Source: a virus
Length of the DNA stretch: 38,331 nt
Virus record (IMG/VR): IMGVR_UViG_3300028829_002503
Reading direction: 5' to 3' (one strand)
Part shown: positions 18,010-26,594 of the stretch, in pieces
How positions within the stretch are numbered: position 1 is the first letter of the stretch
Layout: each line of letters begins with the position of its first letter
Position numbers and translations under genes: made by a program
Notes under the pieces: generated by a model
What the model was told of the DNA's origin: nothing
Database searches by the model: none
What the model saw: the letters and a program-made list of their open reading frames with translations, nothing else

Positions 18010-18510
18010 ATGAAAATATTAACACCAGATAACAGATGTTTTGAAATGAACAGTTTACCAGAAGAGATTGATGACATTCGTTATTGTGTCATGGATGTAA
18101 CGGACAAAGACGACCCAGACTTCTTTTTTATTCCTTTAGTGTTCATTGAAACATTCAGTGCGCCTAGTATGAGTATTAGTATCGGAAAATATAATATTGA
18201 AATGCCAATTGATTGGAATATTATGATTGGTGAATCAGAACTTGGAGTTTGTGAATTTATTCCATTAACAAGTATTAATGAAAGACAGTTTGATACACTA
18301 TTGACAAATCCATTAAAAGGGTTTACAATGGATTGGCAACCAATTAAGATTAACAATGTATTTGCAGATGTGAAGTGGTTCTTCCCTAAATTGAAGTACG
18401 GACACATTCTTGCAATACCATTAGAATATGGAGATAGTCCGAAATGTGCATATTTTGTAAAAGACTTAAATCGCATTCCAGACCAAATGACAAGTTATGA
18501 CTTCTTCTAA
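18010..18510 (+). CDS. Hypothetical protein, possible stand-alone degenerate Hint-fold
   Basis: Beta-rich 166 aa with spacing of segments similar to intein blocks; see findings. Confidence 0.6.
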   Translation: MKILTPDNRCFEMNSLPEEIDDIRYCVMDVTDKDDPDFFFIPLVFIETFSAPSMSISIGKYNIEMPIDWNIMIGESELGVCEFIPLTSINERQFDTLLTNPLKGFTMDWQPIKINNVFADVKWFFPKLKYGHILAIPLEYGDSPKCAYFVKDLNRIPDQMTSYDFF

Positions 18511-18700
18511 TAAACACATGATAGCAATAGACGATATAGACGAAAGCAAGAATGCGTTTCTGTGGTGTAAAGAAAAGTTGAAAGTCAATAGTTGGTGCTA
18601 TAATGTAGGAAGTAATGCAGATTACTTTTTCTTTAACAAAGACAAAGACGCACAGTTTTTTATTACTGTGCATGGTGGAAGGTATTATCATGGCGACTAA
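18497..18700 (+). CDS. Small hypothetical protein (WC...F..xxDA.xF family)
   Basis: LWCKEK...FFFNKDKDAQFFITVH; overlaps both neighbours. Confidence 0.65.
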   Translation: MTSSNKHMIAIDDIDESKNAFLWCKEKLKVNSWCYNVGSNADYFFFNKDKDAQFFITVHGGRYYHGD

Positions 18701-19175
18701 GTTACCTCTAAGTGATGTATTAGGAGCAATTGATAGAAAAGATTTCAATTGGTATGGAAACCTAGATGCTGAAAACAAGAAAGCATGGAGTAGTTGGTTG
18801 TTCATTCGATATGCAAGTTCTACAAAGGGCAAAGATAGAGATGATTTGTTACTCAATACGAATGAATTTGTAAACAAGCATTATGGAGATATCTATAAGC
18901 ACGAAGAATTAGTTTGGAAGTTAATGTGTTTGACAGGAACAGGTAAGAAGCAGTACCACGAATGGATTAAAGCACCAAACTCTAAGATAAAGAAAGATGC
19001 TATCTCTCAGTTTGTGTCAGAAACATATCCTACTTTAAATGGTAGAGAAGTAGAATTGTTTTTACAAATGAATGATGTTGCTGACATAAAACAGATGGCA
19101 ATTGATATGGGCATGACTGATAAAGAAGTCAGTGATATTTTCGGAAAAAAGAAAGCAAAGAAAAAAAGTAAATGA
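18690..19175 (+). CDS. Putative clamp-loader small subunit (gp62-like)
   Basis: LSDVLGAID.K, WSSWLFIRYAS, NEFVN.H and KQYHEWIK pattern; replication-gene context. Confidence 0.6.
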   Translation: MATKLPLSDVLGAIDRKDFNWYGNLDAENKKAWSSWLFIRYASSTKGKDRDDLLLNTNEFVNKHYGDIYKHEELVWKLMCLTGTGKKQYHEWIKAPNSKIKKDAISQFVSETYPTLNGREVELFLQMNDVADIKQMAIDMGMTDKEVSDIFGKKKAKKKSK

Positions 19176-19846
19176 GTTTTGAATGTCAATACTGTTTAAA
19201 AAAGTTCAAGTCTGAAAAGACGTTAATGGTTCATGTTTGTGAGCCTAAAAGACGTTGGATGAATAAAGATGAAAAGTATAGCAGACTGGCGTTTTATGCA
19301 TTTAATCGTTTTTATGAGTTGACACAAGTAACTGGCAAACCTATTGACTTTAAAATGTTTGCAAAGAGTAAGTTCTACCTAGGATTTACTAAATTTGGCA
19401 AACATATACTAAATATAAATGCGATAAATCCTGAAGAATATATTGACTTTGTTATACAAAATAGTGTAAAATTAGATAAATGGACTTCAGATGTAGTATA
19501 TAATACATATGTGCAAGAGTTAAATAGAAAAGAATCTGCGGATAGAGCGGTAGAGCGAAGCATATTATTAATGCAGAAGTGGGGTGAAGAATATGAAAGA
19601 CCTTTTAACAAGTTTTTTGAGGAAGTCAGTAAACCATTGGCTATACATTATATCAAATCAGGACGCATTAGTCCTTGGGTTATTTTTAATTGTGATAATG
19701 GTGCTGAATTGATTGATAGTTTTTCTGACCACGAGTTGACGTTGATAAATGATTATTTAGAGCCCGCATTTTGGACACGAAAGTTCAACGCAAGGGTAGA
19801 AGATGTTCAATTTGTTAAAATGATATTGAAGAAGGCAGGTATATAA
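19172..19846 (+). CDS. Zinc-finger (C2HC-like) hypothetical protein
   Basis: N-terminal FECQYCLKKFKSEKTLMVHVCE followed by a helical domain with GRISPW. Confidence 0.75.
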   Translation: MSFECQYCLKKFKSEKTLMVHVCEPKRRWMNKDEKYSRLAFYAFNRFYELTQVTGKPIDFKMFAKSKFYLGFTKFGKHILNINAINPEEYIDFVIQNSVKLDKWTSDVVYNTYVQELNRKESADRAVERSILLMQKWGEEYERPFNKFFEEVSKPLAIHYIKSGRISPWVIFNCDNGAELIDSFSDHELTLINDYLEPAFWTRKFNARVEDVQFVKMILKKAGI

Positions 19847-20037
19847 TGGCAACGAAAAAAGAAACTTCAGTAGTCGGTAGTCTACTAATACAGAAAGACC
19901 CAGAAACAGGTGAATTATATATAGAGTTACCAAAGGAAACTTTAGCGAGGTTGGGTTGGGGCGAAGACGATGATTTAGAATGGATAGAAAATCCAGATGG
20001 AAGTTGGCAAGTAATCAAAAAGGAGAATAAGAAATGA
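19846..20037 (+). CDS. AbrB/MazE/SpoVT-like small DNA-binding protein
   Basis: GELYIELPKETLARLGWGEDDDLEW is the swapped-hairpin signature. Confidence 0.7.
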   Translation: MATKKETSVVGSLLIQKDPETGELYIELPKETLARLGWGEDDDLEWIENPDGSWQVIKKENKK

Positions 20038-20324
20038 ATCCAGAAGATTTAATGATAACATTAGATACAGATAGTTCTGATAGTGGTTACATATCACCTA
20101 CTACAATAACACTTGATGATAATTATTGGAGTGATATGAGCGACCCAAGAGACCAAGAAGCATTCAAGTCTATAAATGACAGATTATCAACGATTGAAAA
20201 TCGATTATCAATTCTTGTTCCAGATAAAGAGATGCTTGAGAAATATGAAGTACTGAAAGATATGTATAAACAGTACAAAGCCGCAGAAGCATTACTTACT
20301 GGTCCTGACCCGGAGAAAACTTAA
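20034..20324 (+). CDS. Hypothetical protein
   Basis: AAGGAG SD; coupled at both ends; C-terminal coiled coil. Confidence 0.75.
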   Translation: MNPEDLMITLDTDSSDSGYISPTTITLDDNYWSDMSDPRDQEAFKSINDRLSTIENRLSILVPDKEMLEKYEVLKDMYKQYKAAEALLTGPDPEKT

Positions 20325-20815
20325 TGGATATTAGAGAATATACTTGGGAAGGAATAGAAATAGGAGTCAACTCAATTGCAATGCAAATGTTTAAAGATGA
20401 ATGGCGCCCAGATTATATTGTAGGTATAACTCGTGGTGGTTTAATTCCAGGAGTTCTTCTATCTCACACAACTGACATACCAATGAAAACATTATGTGTT
20501 CAATTGAAATCAGATGGGTTAGAAGAAGTTACTGAACATAATGCTCAGATGGCGAGAGATGCATTAAAGAATAATAAAAAGATTTTGATAATTGATGATA
20601 TCAATAGAGGCGGAGATGCAATCAGTTGGATTATAGATGATTGGCAAGATGCAATTGGTATGGTAGGAGATTATAAATCAGAATCGTGGCATACAAATGT
20701 AAGATTTGCTTCATTAATTGATAATCCAAACTCTAAAGTTCCAATGGATTATTGTAATGAAGAAATTGACTTAGATGAAGAAAATGTCTGGGTGGAGTTT
20801 CCGTGGGAGAGTTAA
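20324..20815 (+). CDS. Type I phosphoribosyltransferase (Gpt-like)
   Basis: PDYIVGITRGGLIPG, ILIIDDINRGG (PRPP loop) and WVEFPWE. Confidence 0.85.
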   Translation: MDIREYTWEGIEIGVNSIAMQMFKDEWRPDYIVGITRGGLIPGVLLSHTTDIPMKTLCVQLKSDGLEEVTEHNAQMARDALKNNKKILIIDDINRGGDAISWIIDDWQDAIGMVGDYKSESWHTNVRFASLIDNPNSKVPMDYCNEEIDLDEENVWVEFPWES

Positions 20816-21123
20816 TAAGACGCAATCCCCAAAGAACACAAGAAAGACTTTTACGACTTCGTAGAATAGTAGGACCTGAAAAGAACCCTAAAAGAAGATT
20901 TGCATCAGATTTTGATAATGATGATTATTTAAAATGGACTAGTATATCTTCTGATAAGATAGATTATGAAATAAAGCCAATTGTAAAAGGTGCTGGTCGA
21001 TTAGGTGAACTAGTTGATTGGTGTGATGACAATTGTAATGGAATATATGTTATAGGAAAAGCAGATAAGATATATTTTGAAGATGAAAATGATGCGGCAA
21101 TGTTCGCTTTGGTATGGAAATGA
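20803..21123 (+). CDS. Hypothetical protein (WC...FEDENDAAMFALVW)
   Basis: GTG start with GGAG SD; ATGA coupling to the mini-DnaE. Confidence 0.7.
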   Translation: MGELIRRNPQRTQERLLRLRRIVGPEKNPKRRFASDFDNDDYLKWTSISSDKIDYEIKPIVKGAGRLGELVDWCDDNCNGIYVIGKADKIYFEDENDAAMFALVWK

Positions 21124-21713
21124 ATATAGTAAAAACAGATATTGATATTGATGTAGTTAGCAGAGATGATTTGCTTATACACTTTAAGCATATTCCAGCA
21201 ATTATAAAAAAGAAAGACAATACATATGATAAACATAACAGCGGTGTATATCTTCAGCCTATTCCATTTGACCAACTTACCGGTCTTTCATCAATTGATT
21301 ATAAAGAAGCAGAAGACAGAGGATATTTCAAGTTAGATTTTCTAAACAATTCTTTATATGAAGGTGTACGAGATGAAGCACATTTAGATAAATTAACGAA
21401 CCAAGAACCAATATGGGACTTGTTACAACATGAAGATGTTGTCAAAAATCTAGCCCATGTTCATGCTCATATCAAAGTATTAAGGGTATTAAAACCTCAG
21501 AGTATTATTGAACTTGCTGAAGTATTAGCAATCATACGACCAGCAAAAAGACCTCTTCTAAATGAGAGTAAAGAAAAAATTAAAAAAGAAGTGTGGATTA
21601 AACCAACTGATGGTTCTTATTACTTTAAAAAAGCACATGCGATTGCATATGCAGTTAGTATTGTGGTTCAACTTAATCTATTTTGCGAACAAGTTGAACA
21701 GAACGCCGTTTAA
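21120..21713 (+). CDS. Miniature DNA polymerase III alpha (DnaE)-like catalytic core
   Basis: TDIDID, KHNSGVY, GYFKLDFL, LAIIRP and YYFKKAHAIAYA occur in DnaE order within 197 aa. Confidence 0.85.
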   Translation: MNIVKTDIDIDVVSRDDLLIHFKHIPAIIKKKDNTYDKHNSGVYLQPIPFDQLTGLSSIDYKEAEDRGYFKLDFLNNSLYEGVRDEAHLDKLTNQEPIWDLLQHEDVVKNLAHVHAHIKVLRVLKPQSIIELAEVLAIIRPAKRPLLNESKEKIKKEVWIKPTDGSYYFKKAHAIAYAVSIVVQLNLFCEQVEQNAV

Positions 21714-22065
21714 TTCTCTTTTGAATAATATTTGTTAAACTGGTCTCAGGTCCCCATAAAATTTCACAATCTTTTGAATTCATATTTACGATACAATCCT
21801 TAAATGGTTCTATTTGAGACCTTAAGAATAGGTTGATAGGAATTAATCTATTTGATTCCCACCACCATTGTTCACCAAGTTCTATGAAATGCTTTCTTGC
21901 TTCCGCAGTATTAATCGTTTCAAAGTCATACATTGATGTTATTGTGTTATCGCTATTAATTATGATTCCAAGATATTCTGAGTATTCTTTCTTATTTCCA
22001 TATTTAACACATGAAAAGAAAGGGTAGTTTTCTTGTAGCCATTGTATCTTGTTTTCGTCTTCCAT
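21673..22065 (-). CDS. Hypothetical protein
   Basis: 130-aa ORF with YLGII and WWWESNRLIPINLFL; CATAAATA motif 6 nt upstream. Confidence 0.8.
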   Translation of the reverse strand: MEDENKIQWLQENYPFFSCVKYGNKKEYSEYLGIIINSDNTITSMYDFETINTAEARKHFIELGEQWWWESNRLIPINLFLRSQIEPFKDCIVNMNSKDCEILWGPETSLTNIIQKRIKRRSVQLVRKID

Positions 22066-22071
22066 AAAATA

Positions 22072-22111
22072 TATTTATGCTTTCTAAAAATCACAGGCTG
22101 GAAGATAAATA
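22072..22111. promoter_or_regulatory. Divergent late-type promoters
   Basis: CATAAATA on - (22072-22079) and GATAAATA on + (22104-22111). Confidence 0.65.
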
Positions 22112-22116
22112 CATAT

Positions 22117-22920
22117 ATGATAAACTTTAACTTATACCAATACCAACGAGATATAGATGTGGTTGTCTTAGATAGCGACAATAACGCAACTATGACTCAA
22201 TACCTGGGGAATATGCCAATGTACGATACTACACACAAAATGCATAAGGGTATCGACAATACTCTTAGATTTAAACTTAGGGACACAGATAGAAAATCTG
22301 TAGACCTTACCGGAAAAACTATTATATGGAAAATGTATGACCGAGAATCAAGGGAAAACGTTCTTTTTCGATACTTGACAGTCACTAACGCAACTAAAGG
22401 AATGGCAACAGTTTCTATACCAACAGCAGATACAGTCTTACTCCCCGAGGGCTTTTATCAGTTTGCGATGTATACAGTTGAGAATGGCGTAGAGCAAATC
22501 ATTTATACAGACGTAAATGACAATGCTCACGGTGTAATTGAGGTATTAGATGACGTTTATCCAGAGTTCTCAAACTCACAAGAAACATCAACATTCTTTG
22601 ATGATGGCAGTAAGTTTATCTCTACTATTTTTGACGGTGCAGGTGATACAATTAAGTCAAAATCTCTTCACACATTTGCTGTATATTATACAGGATTTAC
22701 AGGAGTTCTGAAGATAGAAGGTGATTTGAGTGTACAGCCTAGTACCACAGATAGTGATTGGTTTGACTTAACACCAGAACTTATGTATGACCCAAATATT
22801 ACAATCAATAATGAGACTGGCGTACAAGGTTATGTTATTCGCTCAAATGTTAATTGGCTCAGAGTTACGTTCCCAAATACAGTAACAGGAACAGTAGATA
22901 AAATTATGATGAGAAACTAA
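22117..22920 (+). CDS. Probable virion structural protein (BppU-N/Ig-like domain)
   Basis: DNTLRFKLRD..KSVDLTG...NATKGMATVSI...LPEGFYQF pattern; all-beta composition; late motif upstream. Confidence 0.65.
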   Translation: MINFNLYQYQRDIDVVVLDSDNNATMTQYLGNMPMYDTTHKMHKGIDNTLRFKLRDTDRKSVDLTGKTIIWKMYDRESRENVLFRYLTVTNATKGMATVSIPTADTVLLPEGFYQFAMYTVENGVEQIIYTDVNDNAHGVIEVLDDVYPEFSNSQETSTFFDDGSKFISTIFDGAGDTIKSKSLHTFAVYYTGFTGVLKIEGDLSVQPSTTDSDWFDLTPELMYDPNITINNETGVQGYVIRSNVNWLRVTFPNTVTGTVDKIMMRN

Positions 22921-22928
22921 TTAACCTA

Positions 22929-22957
22929 TTGACTTTTATGTTCCATTGGTGTATTAT
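22929..22957 (+). promoter_or_regulatory. sigma70-type promoter, probably leaderless for the primase
   Basis: TTGACT-N17-TATTAT, then 6 nt, then ATG. Confidence 0.7.
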
Positions 22958-22963
22958 AAGTAC

Positions 22964-23962
22964 ATGGAACTACAACAAACTGTTTATCAATTCATTTCCG
23001 GTAAGACAAGACAAAGTTCAGGCGGTTGGCTGAGTTTTAATTGTCCGTGCTGTATAGACCAAGGTGAGGCTCGGTCTGATACAAGAATGAGAGGTGGATT
23101 AAAAAATGAGGGTGATTTAGTATCATATCATTGTTTTAATTGTGGTATAACTGCATCTCATAGAAAAGGTCAAGTCATAAACAAGAATTTTGTTAAGTTT
23201 ATGAGATTGCTTGGTGTTCCTGAGAGTGAGATAAAAAGATTACAGATTGAAAGTATCCGAGAGAAAGAACTATCAGAAGGTCCGTGGATATTCAAATCAA
23301 AAACTCAAACTACAAGAATACCATCATTTCCTGGAATGTCATTACCAGAAAATTCTGAAAATTTAGATGATATACTAAATAAAGATACCCCACCCGAGGG
23401 CGCAATTATGGCGGCAAAATATCTACTTGATAGAGGTGTTTATGATTTTGTAGATACATATTGGAGTAGTTCGTTTGGATTTAAAAATCGTATTATATTT
23501 CCATTTACACAAGGTGACAGAATTGTAGGATATACAGGAAGAGATTATACGGGCAAGTCAGAGTCTAAGTATATGACGAAGCAACCAAAGAATTTTTTAT
23601 ATAACTCTGATAAGATTAAAGAAGATAGAGAATATTTAATTGTAGTTGAAGGAACGATTGATGCCGCAGTTTTAGACTGTGTTGCTATAATGAGTAACGA
23701 AGCATCACAAAATCAAATTGATTATATTAATCAGTTTAAAGGGGAAGTTATCGTATGTCCTGACAGAGATAACGCCGGTAAGAAGTTAATATATCAGGCA
23801 CAAGAAAACGGTTGGAGTGTTTCATTTCCAATCTGGGAAGAACATATTAAAGATGCGGCAGACTCAGTTAAAGAGTATGGAAAATTATACACATTAAAAT
23901 CGATTATTGATGGACGCATAAGTAATAGTACAAAGATAAGTGTGAAAACACGCATAATGTAA
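22964..23962 (+). CDS. DNA primase (T4 gp61-like)
   Basis: Zinc ribbon CPCC...HCFNC, RIIFPF, TOPRIM VVEGTIDA and PDRDNAG. Confidence 0.9.
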   Translation: MELQQTVYQFISGKTRQSSGGWLSFNCPCCIDQGEARSDTRMRGGLKNEGDLVSYHCFNCGITASHRKGQVINKNFVKFMRLLGVPESEIKRLQIESIREKELSEGPWIFKSKTQTTRIPSFPGMSLPENSENLDDILNKDTPPEGAIMAAKYLLDRGVYDFVDTYWSSSFGFKNRIIFPFTQGDRIVGYTGRDYTGKSESKYMTKQPKNFLYNSDKIKEDREYLIVVEGTIDAAVLDCVAIMSNEASQNQIDYINQFKGEVIVCPDRDNAGKKLIYQAQENGWSVSFPIWEEHIKDAADSVKEYGKLYTLKSIIDGRISNSTKISVKTRIM

Positions 23963-23982
23963 AGCAGGAGCATTAATATAAA

Positions 23983-24630
23983 ATGAAAAATACAGAAATA
24001 AAAATTAACGTGATACCAGAGCCTAAAGAAGTGCCGCCTCCACCACCGCCGCCTCCAATGCCACAACCACCAACACCACCAAAACAACCTGGTGAATTCT
24101 TAAGAGAGAATGGCGTGTTGCACATGGACAAAGAATTCAACCAAGATAACTGTATGCCATTAGTTAAGATGATTATGGAATATAATCTAATGCCAGAAGA
24201 TAAGGCACCAGAGATTATTCACTTGTATATCAACTCACCTGGTGGATATGTAGATAGTTGTATGCATCTTATTGATGTTATTAAACAATCTCGTATTCCA
24301 GTTTACACATACGGAATGGGTTCAATCGCAAGTTGTGGTGTTATGCTTATGATGTCTGGAGTAAAAGGACATAGATATCTAACACAGAATACGGCGGTTA
24401 TGTCACACGAATTTAGTGGCGGAACTAGAGGGCAATACCACGATATGTTAGATGCACAATCTCATATGGAATGGACAAATCAAAAACTACTTGAACATTA
24501 TATGAAATGTACTGGAAAGAAAGAGAATTATATTCGTAAACATATGTTAGCACCGAAGACTGACCATTGGCTAACTCCTGAAGAAGCAGTAAAACATGGT
24601 ATTGCTGATGTATTAATTGAAACATATTAG
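23983..24630 (+). CDS. clpP: ClpP-family serine protease with polyproline N-terminus
   Basis: LYINSPGG, GSIASCG (Ser), MSHE (His) and TDHWLTPEEA (Asp). Confidence 0.88.
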   Translation: MKNTEIKINVIPEPKEVPPPPPPPPMPQPPTPPKQPGEFLRENGVLHMDKEFNQDNCMPLVKMIMEYNLMPEDKAPEIIHLYINSPGGYVDSCMHLIDVIKQSRIPVYTYGMGSIASCGVMLMMSGVKGHRYLTQNTAVMSHEFSGGTRGQYHDMLDAQSHMEWTNQKLLEHYMKCTGKKENYIRKHMLAPKTDHWLTPEEAVKHGIADVLIETY

Positions 24631-24633
24631 ATG

Positions 24634-24662
24634 TTGACAAAGCGTAAAAAAACTTGTATAAT
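24634..24662 (+). promoter_or_regulatory. sigma70-type promoter
   Basis: Perfect TTGACA-N17-TATAAT. Confidence 0.85.
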
Positions 24663-24686
24663 AATATAAACTTTCCAGGAAATTAA

Positions 24687-26099
24687 ATGTCAGAAGTCAA
24701 AAACTATTCACCAGACTTGCAGAAGTTGTTTGTTCAATTTATGCTAACAGACCCACAGTTATTTACTAGGGTTATGGGTATTATTGATGAGAAGCATTTT
24801 GATAGACCAACACGTGATGTTGTAGGATATCTTATTGGATATAGTGAAGAATATTCCACAATGCCGTCTGTTGAGCAGATTAAAGCAGAAACTGGCCAAG
24901 AAATTGAATTACTAGAAGACATAGCAAAGCATAGTGATTGGTTTGTCGATGAGTTTGAAACATTCTGTAGACATAAAGCAATTGAACGAGCAATCGTTAA
25001 TAGTGCAGATTTACTTGAAGAAGGTAAATACGGTGAAGTAGAAACAACTATCAAAGATGCAGTTCAGATTGGTTTAGCAAGGTCTTTAGGTACAGACTAT
25101 TTTGATGACCCTAGAGCAAGACTTGAGATGCTTAAAGACAATAATGGGCAAATCACTACCGGTTGGAAAGACTTAGATGATAAACTTTATGGTGGCATTA
25201 ATCGAGGTGAAGTAACTATCTTCGCTGGTGGTTCTGGTTCAGGTAAATCTTTGTTTATGCAGAATATGTCATTGAACTGGGCAGAAGCCGGCATGAATGT
25301 TGTCTATCTTACTTTAGAATTGTCAGAAGAATTATCAGCAATGCGTATCGATGCGATGGCAACTGATAAAAGCACTAGACGAATATTTAAAGAACTAGAT
25401 GATGTTGAGTTGAAAGTGAAGACTATCGGTAAGAAATCTGGTATGCTTAGAATTAAATATATGTCATCAGGTTCAACAATCAATGATGTCCGTGCTTATC
25501 TAAAAGAACTTCAAATCGTAACAGGAAAAAATGTAGATTGTATCTGCATTGATTACTTAGACTTGTTAATGCCTGCGACTAAGAAAGTTAATCCAGGTGA
25601 CTTGTTTATTAAAGACAAATATGTCACAGAAGAAATTCGTAACTTTGCAATGGAAACTGAAACAGTTGTAGTGACAGCCTCGCAGTTAAATCGTTCAGCA
25701 GTAGAAGAAATTGAGTTTGACCACTCTCATATTGCTGGTGGTATCTCTAAGATTCAAACTGCTGATAATGTTATTGGCATCTTTACAAGTAATGCGATGA
25801 GAGAACGTGGTCAATATCAACTCCAACTACTAAAAACAAGAAGTTCAAGTGGCGTTGGTTCTAAAATAAATCTAGTATTTGACAGAGATAGTCTTAGAAT
25901 TAGTGATTCAGACTTAGATGATGATGATTTGGCAGTGAGTTCCCAAGATGCGTCAAAAGTGACAGATATATTAAAGAGAAAAACGACAATATCTACTAAT
26001 GACGATGATTCTGCTATTCCACCAGAGAAAAATCAATCAGCGATAAGCCTTCGTGCAATGGTTAAGTCTAAAAAGGCTACTCCATTTGATGATAATTGA
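24687..26099 (+). CDS. Replicative SF4 helicase (gp41/DnaB-like)
   Basis: GGSGSGKS, TLELSEE, IDYLDL, TASQLNR and LKTR motifs. Confidence 0.93.
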   Translation: MSEVKNYSPDLQKLFVQFMLTDPQLFTRVMGIIDEKHFDRPTRDVVGYLIGYSEEYSTMPSVEQIKAETGQEIELLEDIAKHSDWFVDEFETFCRHKAIERAIVNSADLLEEGKYGEVETTIKDAVQIGLARSLGTDYFDDPRARLEMLKDNNGQITTGWKDLDDKLYGGINRGEVTIFAGGSGSGKSLFMQNMSLNWAEAGMNVVYLTLELSEELSAMRIDAMATDKSTRRIFKELDDVELKVKTIGKKSGMLRIKYMSSGSTINDVRAYLKELQIVTGKNVDCICIDYLDLLMPATKKVNPGDLFIKDKYVTEEIRNFAMETETVVVTASQLNRSAVEEIEFDHSHIAGGISKIQTADNVIGIFTSNAMRERGQYQLQLLKTRSSSGVGSKINLVFDRDSLRISDSDLDDDDLAVSSQDASKVTDILKRKTTISTNDDDSAIPPEKNQSAISLRAMVKSKKATPFDDN

Positions 26100-26105
26100 T
26101 AAATA
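26098..26105 (+). promoter_or_regulatory. Late-type promoter GATAAATA
   Basis: Overlaps the helicase stop codon and precedes the AGGAG SD of the 26125 gene. Confidence 0.65.
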
Positions 26106-26124
26106 CTGGTAGGAGAATTATTTT

Positions 26125-26385
26125 ATGACTAAGAAACCACGTAGAAGTCTATTTGAAGAATTAAATTCAATGGCGATTTCCAAAAATGAACCAGAGAGAT
26201 TTGTTGAGCAAAAAGGCGAACATATCATTTCTGGTGCAATAAATCTGATTGAATTCATTAACCGTGAATTTGATGAGGCTATTGCTGTGGACTTAACCAA
26301 GCGACTTGTTAATAGTATTCGTACGGGCGACATGAGAAAATTCAAAAGAGGAATAACTCATGCGAAACGAAAAGATGAATCTTAA
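26125..26385 (+). CDS. Hypothetical protein
   Basis: AGGAG SD; 86 aa, helical. Confidence 0.8.
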   Translation: MTKKPRRSLFEELNSMAISKNEPERFVEQKGEHIISGAINLIEFINREFDEAIAVDLTKRLVNSIRTGDMRKFKRGITHAKRKDES

Positions 26386-26593
26386 TCAACAACTAGAAGA
26401 ATTAAAAGTCTTAGCAGGTATCTACAAACCATATCAAATGGAAGATACCACCCAAGAGAATATTTCCTATACAGGCACGGAGAAATCCAAATATCAGAAG
26501 AAACATAAAATAGAACCAGGCACAAAAGAATGGTTTAAACTATGGTTTGCTCGTCCTAAATTGACAGGTGAAAATCCATACGGGAAGAAATGA
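26375..26593 (+). CDS. Hypothetical protein with LKVLAGI and PGTKEWFKLWF motifs
   Basis: Overlaps the upstream stop; shares LKxLAGI with the first ORF. Confidence 0.75.
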   Translation: MNLNQQLEELKVLAGIYKPYQMEDTTQENISYTGTEKSKYQKKHKIEPGTKEWFKLWFARPKLTGENPYGKK

Positions 26594-26594
26594 T

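Noticed and set aside
19846-20324. MazEF-like toxin-antitoxin pair
   Set aside because: The gene after the AbrB-like ORF shows no PIN, MazF or other toxin motif.
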